Part shown: piece by piece, positions 7,299 through 14,838 of the stretch
Layout: each line of letters starts with the position of its first letter
Position numbering within the stretch: the first letter of the stretch is position 1
NCBI GenBank assembly: GCA_016926395.1
Contig: JAFGOT010000026.1
Span: 1 to 22,832, forward strand
Length of the DNA stretch: 22,832 bases
DNA from: Candidatus Woesearchaeota archaeon
GTDB lineage: Archaea; Nanobdellota; Nanobdellia; Woesearchaeales; SKGA01
Direction of reading: 5' to 3'
The notes under the pieces: model-generated
Seen by the model: the letters and a program-made list of their open reading frames with translations, nothing else
What the model was told of the DNA's origin: nothing
Databases searched by the model: none
Program-made: the position numbers and the translations under genes

Positions 7299-9383
7299 TT
7301 ATTTAGCCATTACGTCAATGTTTTTCAAATCAGTAACAACAACTTCTAGTTCAGAACCTTCGAAGTCATAATCGCTGTAGTCAGCTACAACGTATGATGC
7401 TCCTCGAGTGTCTTGAGCAGACCAACCAGCAACTAACATTGCTTGTTCGTCGTCGAACCATTTAATCATTGCTTTACCATCAGTGAAAGTTTGAGCAATT
7501 TCTTCATCAGTTGGGAAACCTAGAAGTTCTTTAGCTACACTGTTAACGTATGGACCACCAACAACAATCATTGGTTTACTTCCTAGAGTTGCTTCAGAGT
7601 CTAGCATACCTAGTCCTACTTCGATTGGATTAACCATGTAAGCAGAGCCAGTTGCAGCAGCAGCTACACTAGAGCCTTTTGATTTAACAACTAAAGTTGC
7701 ATATTCTCTTTCGCTTGGAACGGAAATTATGAAACTTGCGCCACTACCAAATTGACTATCAGGATCAGCTAATTTGATACCGTAATCAGTTTGGTAATCC
7801 CATTCTTTAGTACCTAGAGAAGTTCCACCATATTTGATGTCTTCTGCATCAGAATCATCTTGAGTACCGAAGTAGTCAAATGCGTCGTCACCAGCGTTGT
7901 AGATTTCAACTGTTAATGCTTCGTCTCCTGGAGCTACAATAGTGAAAGTGTTGTTACCAGCACCATCAAGATCTGCGGAAGGAGTTACTCTAACGAGTTC
8001 AGCATCGATTAAAATATCGAATGAACTAATAACAACTTTGATTTCATCGCCAGCATCTTCGTACCAAATACCACTTAAAGTGTTATCAGTACTATTGTAA
8101 GCTACGTATACAGTTTCAGCAGTTTCAGTTCCAACAGTGAAGATGTCACTATCAGCTTCGAATTTAACAACTTTGTAAGTTCCTTCATCGTTAGGTGCGC
8201 TTTCGCCATCATCTAAGAAGTAACTGTCATCTAAGGAGATTTTTACATCTTCATAGTTAGCTGCTAAACTTGCAAATTGTAGAGCTGCGTAGTCGTTTGG
8301 AAGAACAACTTCATCACCTAAGAATAGAGGTGCTTTTTCTTCAGCTGGAGTGTTGATGTCTAGAGTGTCGTAGTCTTTGTTTAATCTTAGACCAACGTAT
8401 CTGTTACCAGATTCGTTACCAACAGCCCATACCCAATCAGCTTCAGCGTCGTCATCAGGTTGACCGAACATTTCAGCAGGTTGACCATCAGTTGCAGTTT
8501 CTTCTAAGTCTGCACCTAATTTTAAGTTTGCAATGTTGTCGGATGCTCCTTCAATGTAGAATAGAGAATCAACTTCAACTTGGAAATCATCTGCTTCGTC
8601 GAATGATTGGGAATTACCATCATCATTGATAACTTTAGTTTGACCATCAACATCAACAATAACAGAAGTTGAACCAACTCGCACTAATTTAACAGTGTGA
8701 CCTGCAACGTTTACTTCATCACCTTCAATCATGGATTTTTCAACTGATGAAATAACAGTGAAAGAACCAGAACCAATACCTTCAGAGAAGTCAAAGTTGT
8801 ATGCTTCAACATTTTGTCCTAAGAATTTGAATTCAGCAGTATGAGTTGCGTCTGCGTTTAAAACTTCAGCATCTTCGAAATAAACTCTGTATTCAATTCC
8901 GTTTTTAGCAACAGTAACATAATCTTTACCAGCCGCATCTTCGTTTTGAGCAGGGTTAATCATTGTTTGATTAGCGAAGAAAACAATTTCATCGTGGTAA
9001 TCAACAGTGTCGCCATCAACATCAAAGTCAGAATCAACGAAACCATCTAGGTGGTTTTCTTTTAATTCAACATCAGCATTAGGCCATGTGTTGTTTAAGT
9101 AAAGGTTATCATAATCTTTACCGCCTTCAACTACAACTGAGTTGTCGCCAACAGAAACTGCTCTTTTAGCTTCAGCTTGTAAACTAGCTGCAATATCAAT
9201 TGCTCCTAGAACATCTGATGTAGCTGCGTTTGCACCAACTACAATTGCGCCGTTAAAAACGCCGTTATCATCTACAAAAGGTGCTGGATATTTACTTAGA
9301 TCAGCAAGTGCACCAACCATGGTAGTTGCTAATAAAGCCACACTAACACCAAGTGCGAATACTTTTTTTATACTTTTTTTCAC
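7299..9383 (-). CDS. S-layer protein (archaeal S_layer_N / S_layer_C type)
   Basis: Signal peptide MKKSIKKVFALGVSVALLATTMVGALA, N-domain DLSKYPAPFV...IVVGANAATSDVLGAIDIAASL, C-domain MIVVGGPYVNSVAKELL...MLVAGWSAQDT. Very acidic. GTG start with GGAGGTG SD at 9390-9396. Confidence 0.92.
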   Translation of the reverse strand: MKKSIKKVFALGVSVALLATTMVGALADLSKYPAPFVDDNGVFNGAIVVGANAATSDVLGAIDIAASLQAEAKRAVSVGDNSVVVEGGKDYDNLYLNNTWPNADVELKENHLDGFVDSDFDVDGDTVDYHDEIVFFANQTMINPAQNEDAAGKDYVTVAKNGIEYRVYFEDAEVLNADATHTAEFKFLGQNVEAYNFDFSEGIGSGSFTVISSVEKSMIEGDEVNVAGHTVKLVRVGSTSVIVDVDGQTKVINDDGNSQSFDEADDFQVEVDSLFYIEGASDNIANLKLGADLEETATDGQPAEMFGQPDDDAEADWVWAVGNESGNRYVGLRLNKDYDTLDINTPAEEKAPLFLGDEVVLPNDYAALQFASLAANYEDVKISLDDSYFLDDGESAPNDEGTYKVVKFEADSDIFTVGTETAETVYVAYNSTDNTLSGIWYEDAGDEIKVVISSFDILIDAELVRVTPSADLDGAGNNTFTIVAPGDEALTVEIYNAGDDAFDYFGTQDDSDAEDIKYGGTSLGTKEWDYQTDYGIKLADPDSQFGSGASFIISVPSEREYATLVVKSKGSSVAAAATGSAYMVNPIEVGLGMLDSEATLGSKPMIVVGGPYVNSVAKELLGFPTDEEIAQTFTDGKAMIKWFDDEQAMLVAGWSAQDTRGASYVVADYSDYDFEGSELEVVVTDLKNIDVMAK

Positions 9384-9573
9384 CTAAAACACCTCCGAGT
9401 GTTTATACACAAGGATTTTAATTTTTTTTATCAATCTCGTGAAATCCGATTTTTCCCGTGCGTGCATAGAGTTTGCAACAGAACCACGCAATCTTGCTTG
9501 ATTCCTCTTAAGCCTCCACACACACAGTTTTAGTGGAAAACCGAGTATGATGAAGAGAAAGTAACAAGATTGG

Positions 9574-9590
9574 TTTATAAAGTTTTCCCC
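9574..9590 (-). promoter_or_regulatory. BRE/TATA promoter of the S-layer gene, implying a 5' UTR of about 165 nt
   Basis: Minus strand reads GGGGAAAAC-TTTATAAA. The predicted TSS is near 9550. Confidence 0.55.
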
Positions 9591-10126
9591 CTATATTTAT
9601 AGTAAAAAGAGGGTAAATACAATACAGCGTCTATAAACCACGACAACCCTCAAATGGGCTTGTTACCACAACATAGTTACACACAAATTATCGCTTAATA
9701 AAACAAAGTTAAAAACAGAGACAAAACGCCCGTCTTAACAAGGTAAATCGGTAAAAAAACAATAAAAACCAAATCAACTGGACTTAAAGAGGGTCACAAG
9801 CACCAAAAAGGATTTAATTCGACCTTGACTAACGAAAGAAAGGTCAAAAACCCAATCTAAAAAAGTCAAACTTATTTATAAACATAGCTACTTAAGAGAG
9901 TTGAAAAAAATATTGAAAAAATGCAAAAAATGTTAAAAAATGCAAAAAAGTAGAGTTTTGTTAAAAATAACAAACAAATCGAAAACAACAAAATAAACAG
10001 AAATTAAACATAAGAAATTAAGAAAACACAAATTAAAGATGAAAGAAATAAAAGAGAATTTTAACACCAACTAAATTAAAATTTAGAATCAAATCAATAA
10101 AAACATCTCGATTGAATAAAAGAATG

Positions 10127-10170
10127 CGAAGCACAGGCAATGACATTAACATGTCAAGCCTTTAGCCTCG
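10127..10170 (-). other. 44-nt imperfect hairpin B; its 3' arm is the tRNA-derived repeat
   Basis: Minus strand: CGAGGC-TAA-AGGC-T-TGACAT-gtta-ATGTCA-TT-GCCT-GT-GCTTCG followed by CA. About 16 bp, including one G.U pair that only forms on the - strand. Confidence 0.75.
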
Positions 10171-10189
10171 ATTTAACAAAGTTAAATGC

Positions 10190-10233
10190 GAAGCACAGGA
10201 ATTCAATAATTAAAGATTATTGTTCCTTGCTTC
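10190..10233 (-). other. 44-nt imperfect hairpin A; its 3' arm is the tRNA-derived repeat
   Basis: Minus strand: GAAGCA-AGGAA-CAATAAT-cttta-ATTATTG-aa-TTCCT-g-TGCTTC followed by GCA. 18 Watson-Crick pairs with a 2-nt and a 1-nt bulge. Confidence 0.8.
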
Positions 10234-10245
10234 TTGTTAAGAAAC

Positions 10246-10329
10246 TGCGAAGCACAGGATTCGAACCTGCGTAGGCACTAAGCCAACGGGGCCTAAACCC
10301 GTTCCGTTTGACCACTCCGGCAACCTCGC
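10246..10329 (-). tRNA. tRNA-Leu (anticodon UAG), 84 nt, no intron, CCA not encoded
   Basis: Acceptor GCGAGGT/GCTTCGC plus discriminator A; D arm CCG/CGG with GG; anticodon stem ACGGG/CCCGT with loop TTTAGGC; long variable arm GGC-TTAGT-GCC; T arm GCAGG-TTCGAAT-CCTGT. Confidence 0.96.
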
Positions 10330-10362
10330 ATAAGAATTGCAACAACTAGAATAAAAACACCA

Positions 10363-10370
10363 TTTATAAA
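10363..10370 (-). promoter_or_regulatory. TATA box of the tRNA-Leu gene
   Basis: TTTATAAA 34 nt upstream of tRNA position 1. Confidence 0.6.
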
Positions 10371-10386
10371 ACTTACTTTTAAACAA

Positions 10387-10806
10387 TTAAGAAGAATGCT
10401 TTTTTAGAATAATCTTCTTTTTAGGTTGATCAAAAGTTATTTTAAACTCATCAAAAAAACCTTGACGACCTATTAAAATATCTATATCAAAAGAGTCAAG
10501 AATAACCATCACAGGAATATGAAATGAATAATGTTCATGAGAATTGGAAACCTTCACAAACATAGTGCTTCTAACACAATTGGCTTCACCACCAATACCA
10601 AATGTTGGTTCTTGTTCACCAGATAAATCTAAACCCAACAATTCAGCAAATTCCCTAGATATAACAGACAAATCTGCTCCCGAGTCAAGTAAAGCAACAC
10701 AATCCAAAGAATTCTCAGAACCTTCCAAAGTTAAAGGAATAGAAGGAGAAACAGCATCAGTATTATTTCTTCGAGGAACAGATTTATATCTAAAATTTAT
10801 TGCCAT
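10387..10806 (-). CDS. Retropepsin-like (clan AA) aspartic protease
   Basis: CVALLDSGADLSVIS catalytic motif, flap-like FGIGG, and the C-terminal ILIGRQGFF motif. Confidence 0.85.
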   Translation of the reverse strand: MAINFRYKSVPRRNNTDAVSPSIPLTLEGSENSLDCVALLDSGADLSVISREFAELLGLDLSGEQEPTFGIGGEANCVRSTMFVKVSNSHEHYSFHIPVMVILDSFDIDILIGRQGFFDEFKITFDQPKKKIILKKHSS

Positions 10807-10807
10807 T

Positions 10808-11002
10808 TTAAAATATCAAAGTTTTCTCATCAGGAACTTTAGTTATTAAAGGTCTAGAGTTAGGAAGTTTAGCTTTAGCTTCAGAATAGACTGCTTTAAC
10901 ACTTTTACCATGAGATACTACTTTTTTATTAGAAATAGCAACCCACTGTCCTTTAAAAGAAGACAAATCCATAGATAAGAAAGCAGAGTATTTAGTTTTC
11001 AT
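10808..11002 (-). CDS. DUF5678-like small protein
   Basis: FKGQWVAISNKKVVSHGKSVKAVYSEAK signature. TATTTAAA at 11029-11036 lies about 26 nt before ATG 11002, favouring this start over 11029. Its stop is 1 nt from the protease ATG. Confidence 0.75.
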   Translation of the reverse strand: MKTKYSAFLSMDLSSFKGQWVAISNKKVVSHGKSVKAVYSEAKAKLPNSRPLITKVPDEKTLIF

Positions 11003-11090
11003 CGTTATGTAACCTAATGATAAACTCATTTAAATAAGTTGCTAAAGAAAAAACGCAAATCCTACGAAATTAAAAAAAATAAAGAAAAAG

Positions 11091-14000
11091 TTAATTCTTC
11101 TCAAGAGAGATTACAAAAGTCCTGCCCTTAACTTTTTCTTCAGAAGTAAATTCGAAAGAGCCCGAACTCAAGATAGAATCAGTTCCAACTTTATCACAAA
11201 TAAGAGAACTATATTTTTCAATAATATCTCCAAGATCGCCTGTGACGCTAAGTTTTATGGAATCTTCTTTTTGCAAACCAGCAACTTTTCTTAAGTTTTG
11301 AATTCGTCTTGTTAATTCTCTAGCAAAACCTTCTGATTCTAATTCAGAGGTTACGGTCGTATCAAGATATACTTCCCCATTAGTAAAGGGCGCCATCACA
11401 TAAGGTGAAGGAACAACTTTAGTTATTTTGAAAAGGTCTCTATGTAAAACCCATTTGTCAATAACCACACTATCAGATTGGTTAAGAGTTTTTGTAACTA
11501 AATCCATATTCTTCTTAACAGCAGGAATAACATCACCAGTCTCAGTTCCAAACTCACCACCAAGAAGCTTGTAATCAATTTCAAATTCTAATTTAACATC
11601 AAAGCTAGATACAAATTCAATTTCTTTAACATTAGTTTGAGATTTAACTAAATCAAGAATATTTTTTTGTAGAGATGTTATTTTTTCACTTAAAACTTTA
11701 ACATTTGAAAGAGGCCATCTTACTCCCTGTTTAGCTTTTTCTCTTGCCGCTAAAATACCTTGAATAATCGTTTGTGCATCTTCAAATTCTCGTTCTAAAT
11801 CTAAATTTCGATAGCCAACTTTCGGCCAAGAATCAAAATGAACAGACCAAGGAGAATCATCGGTCTTTAAGAAATTTTGATAAATATACTCTGTTACGTA
11901 AGGAGCAAAAGGCGCTAGAACTTTAACAGTAGCATCCAATACAAATCTAAATACATAAGCAAGTTCTTTATCAACATCATTAGTTCGTTCTCTAATTAGT
12001 TTGATATACGTTCTTGAAAAAGTATTATTAACAAAATCCATTAAAGTATTCATCGCATGATTATATTCATGAACGTCAAGATGACTTGTAACAACATCAA
12101 TCATAGAATTAGTTTTTGAAATCATCCATTCATCTTCCAATTCAACAGCATCATGAACTTCAAAACCAGTTAGGTTAAAACGATCCATGTAATTTTGAAC
12201 ATAAAGAAATGAATTCCAAAGTGTTGTAAAAAATGGATTAATTTGTTCTTTGAAAATTGAAGGACCATATTTAATTGCATTACCAAGAGCATAAGAAGTC
12301 ATTGCTAAACGAACACCATCAACCCCAACTTCTGCAAATGTCTCCAAAGGTTTAATCATATTACCTTTACTCTTAGACATTTTTTCTCCATTTTCATCAC
12401 CAATCAAACCTGCAACAGCAACATTCTTGTAAGGAGACTTGTCAAACAAAATAGTGTTAATTACAAGCATAGTATAAAACCATCCTCGAGTTTGATCGAT
12501 TGCTTCGGAGATGAAATCATAAGGAAATGATTGCTCAAACAAATCTTTGTTCTCAAAAGGATAATGAAATTGTGCGAAAGGAGCGCTACCACTGTCAAAC
12601 CAACAATCAATAACTTCACTGGTTCTAGACATTTGACCACCACATTCAGAACATTTGTAATGAACTTTGTTAACAGTACCTAAGTGAAGGTCGTCAACTT
12701 GAACTCCAGATTTTTCCTTAAGCTCTGCAATACTTCCAATAACTTCTTGATGACCACAACCAGTCTGTTCGCCATCTTCAGAATCAGGCCCATTACAAAT
12801 CCAAATAGGAAGTGGAGTTCCCCAAAATTTATTTCGCGATAAAGCCCAATCTCTAGCACCTTCAAGCCAATTACCAAACCGCCCTTGTTTAATGTTATTA
12901 GGGAACCAATTGATAGTTTCATTGTGCTCAAGAAGTTTATCTTTGATTGCACTAACCTTGATGAACCAAGTATCTTTCGCATAATAAATTAAAGGAGTGT
13001 TACATCTCCAACAAAAAGGATATGAATGAACATAAGGAGAGGTTGTAAATAATCGACCAGTAGAATCTAACATCTCAATTATTTTTGAATCAGCATCTTT
13101 TACAAACAATCCTTTGAAATCAGGAACTTCATCAGTAAACTCCCCATTATCATCAACAGGATTTACAAAATCAATATCATTATCCTTACAGACAACATTA
13201 TCATCTTCACCATAAGCAGGAGCTTGATGAACAATACCTGTACCATCTTCAGTAGTTACATAATCAGCAGGAATAACTCTAAAAGAATTAGTTGCAACGT
13301 CTTTGAAATAATCAAACAAAGGAACATACTTTTGTCCAACTAAATCTTTACCAAGAACAGAACCTAAAATTTTTCGATCATCTTCTTCAAAATATTTTGA
13401 AACTAAATCTTCTGCTAGAACATAAATTTCTTTTTCCGATTCAACAAATTGATAGTTAACTTTTGGATGAACAGCTAATGCTAAGTTGCTTGGAAGAGTC
13501 CAAGGAGTAGTTGTCCAAGCTAAGAAAGTAACAGTTTTTTCTGATTTAATGTTAGCAAGTTTCTTAATTGATTCTTGATTAACAACAGGAAAAGTTACAA
13601 CAACAGTAGTATCTTCCACATCTTTGTAACCTTGAGCAACTTCATGACTTGAAAGAGGAGTTCCACAACGTGAACAGTAAGGAACAATTTTATGTCCTAA
13701 ATATAATAAATCTTTTTTATAAATTTCAGACAAAGCCCACCAGATACTTTCCATATAATCAGTATCTAAAGTTCTATAGGGTTTTTGAAGATCAACCCAG
13801 TAAGCGAGTTTTTCTGTTACATGTTCCCAATCTTTGATGAAAGTAAAAACATCATTTTTACATTCTTCGATGAAAGGTTCAACACCATATTTCAAAACAT
13901 CTTTTTTATCTTCTAAACCAAGTTTTTTTTCAACTTGAACTTCAACAGGAAGACCATGACAATCCCATCCACCTTTACGTGAAACTTTGTAACCTTGCAT

Positions 14001-14231
14001 GGTTTTAAAACGAGTAATAAGGTCTTTGTAAACTCTGGCTTCGACATGATGCAAACCAGGGGGCGCGTTCGCTGTTGGAGGACCTTCTAAAAAAGTGTAT
14101 CTTTCTTTATCAGTTGTATTTTCGTCTTTAATAGCAATGTCAATTTCTTTTTTATGAGCTCTCCAGAATGTGAGAACGTCTTCTTCAATTGACTCAAAAC
14201 TGTATTTTTTGCTAAATTCTTTTTTCTCCAT
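11091..14231 (-). CDS. ileS: Isoleucyl-tRNA synthetase, type 2 (archaeal/eukaryote-like)
   Basis: EGPPTAN...GLHH (HIGH variant), GWDCHGLPVE, WTTTPWTLPSN, GTGIVHQAPAYG, DWALSR, EAIDQTRGWF, KMSKSKGN. ATG 14231 is preferred; GTGA lies just upstream. Confidence 0.97.
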   Translation of the reverse strand: MEKKEFSKKYSFESIEEDVLTFWRAHKKEIDIAIKDENTTDKERYTFLEGPPTANAPPGLHHVEARVYKDLITRFKTMQGYKVSRKGGWDCHGLPVEVQVEKKLGLEDKKDVLKYGVEPFIEECKNDVFTFIKDWEHVTEKLAYWVDLQKPYRTLDTDYMESIWWALSEIYKKDLLYLGHKIVPYCSRCGTPLSSHEVAQGYKDVEDTTVVVTFPVVNQESIKKLANIKSEKTVTFLAWTTTPWTLPSNLALAVHPKVNYQFVESEKEIYVLAEDLVSKYFEEDDRKILGSVLGKDLVGQKYVPLFDYFKDVATNSFRVIPADYVTTEDGTGIVHQAPAYGEDDNVVCKDNDIDFVNPVDDNGEFTDEVPDFKGLFVKDADSKIIEMLDSTGRLFTTSPYVHSYPFCWRCNTPLIYYAKDTWFIKVSAIKDKLLEHNETINWFPNNIKQGRFGNWLEGARDWALSRNKFWGTPLPIWICNGPDSEDGEQTGCGHQEVIGSIAELKEKSGVQVDDLHLGTVNKVHYKCSECGGQMSRTSEVIDCWFDSGSAPFAQFHYPFENKDLFEQSFPYDFISEAIDQTRGWFYTMLVINTILFDKSPYKNVAVAGLIGDENGEKMSKSKGNMIKPLETFAEVGVDGVRLAMTSYALGNAIKYGPSIFKEQINPFFTTLWNSFLYVQNYMDRFNLTGFEVHDAVELEDEWMISKTNSMIDVVTSHLDVHEYNHAMNTLMDFVNNTFSRTYIKLIRERTNDVDKELAYVFRFVLDATVKVLAPFAPYVTEYIYQNFLKTDDSPWSVHFDSWPKVGYRNLDLEREFEDAQTIIQGILAAREKAKQGVRWPLSNVKVLSEKITSLQKNILDLVKSQTNVKEIEFVSSFDVKLEFEIDYKLLGGEFGTETGDVIPAVKKNMDLVTKTLNQSDSVVIDKWVLHRDLFKITKVVPSPYVMAPFTNGEVYLDTTVTSELESEGFARELTRRIQNLRKVAGLQKEDSIKLSVTGDLGDIIEKYSSLICDKVGTDSILSSGSFEFTSEEKVKGRTFVISLEKN

Positions 14232-14285
14232 TTTAATCACATTTGCATATAAAGACTATTGTAGAGACAAAAAACTAGGAGGAGA

Positions 14286-14293
14286 TTTATAAA
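14286..14293 (-). promoter_or_regulatory. TATA box upstream of ileS
   Basis: TTTATAAA about 55 nt before the start codon. Confidence 0.5.
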
Positions 14294-14322
14294 TATTGCC
14301 TTGTAGGAAAGAAATTCCCCCA

Positions 14323-14838
14323 TCAAGAAGAAGCGAGCTTTAAAATCAAAAATATGAAAAGCTCATTCGACATGAAAAAAGGTTCTGATTGAGAAAGTAA
14401 GCTAGATGCATTATCTAAAGGGAACCAAACTAAATCACCTTTTTCAGGACCCTTATCTCCAACATCTTTAATATCTGAATTGGATATATCAGCTAAAAAA
14501 ACGAACCCATCTCGGGACACATCACTAGGAGATTTTTTATGAAAAAGAGAGAACATGGAAGTTGGCACCACATAACCTGTTTCTTCTTCCAATTCTCTTT
14601 GAGCACAGAGAACTGGTTCTTCGCCAGAATCGATCTTACCTCCAGGTAGCCAAAAAACATTTTTTTTATATTCTGGACGAAATTCTCGTAACAATAAAAC
14701 AGAATCATCTCGTTTTAGCAAAACAGTAACAACATCAGGACGAATACATTTTTCAACAATATGTGAAACACCTAACTCATCCACTACATCTTCTTGTATA
14801 ATTTTGAATTGTTTTCCGTTAAAAACTTCTCTAATCAT
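14323..14838 (-). CDS. NUDIX hydrolase (ADP-ribose pyrophosphatase-like layout)
   Basis: Complete Nudix box GGKIDSGEEPVLCAQRELEEETGY, preceded by VLLLREFRP...WLP. ATGA overlap with the upstream kinase gene. Confidence 0.9.
   Translation of the reverse strand: MIREVFNGKQFKIIQEDVVDELGVSHIVEKCIRPDVVTVLLKRDDSVLLLREFRPEYKKNVFWLPGGKIDSGEEPVLCAQRELEEETGYVVPTSMFSLFHKKSPSDVSRDGFVFLADISNSDIKDVGDKGPEKGDLVWFPLDNASSLLSQSEPFFMSNELFIFLILKLASS

Larger units (their letters stand above)
10125..10259 (-). repeat. Three direct copies of the tRNA-Leu 3' end (13-14 bp) at 59-62 bp period
   Basis: TGCGAAGCACAGG (+ strand) at 10125-10137, 10187-10199 and 10246-10258; the third copy is the tRNA itself. Copies 2 and 3 also share the next base (A). 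Confidence 0.95.

Noticed and set aside
9500-9545. AGTGGAAAAC resembling an archaeal ORB / replication origin in the long intergenic region
   Set aside because: It is a single partial match without the TTCCA or G-string parts, there is no orc1/cdc6 nearby, no skew switch is visible, and it lies inside the S-layer leader.
9901-9950. AAAAAATGC/AAAAAATGTT tandem-like repeats
   Set aside because: These are low-complexity A-runs in an A-skewed region and are too short and imperfect to call a defined repeat element.
10125-10259. CRISPR array interpretation of the repeat-spacer pattern
   Set aside because: The repeat is only 13-14 bp, is identical to the tRNA 3' end and occurs three times. No cas genes are in the window, and the spacers pair with the repeats.
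11091-14231. Intein or frameshift in ileS or other long genes
   Set aside because: Lengths are normal for the families, frames are uninterrupted, and no intein terminal motifs were seen.
14232-14322. T-box riboswitch upstream of ileS (or hisS)
   Set aside because: The ileS leader is only about 30 nt after the TATA-predicted TSS, and no T-box consensus is present upstream of either synthetase.
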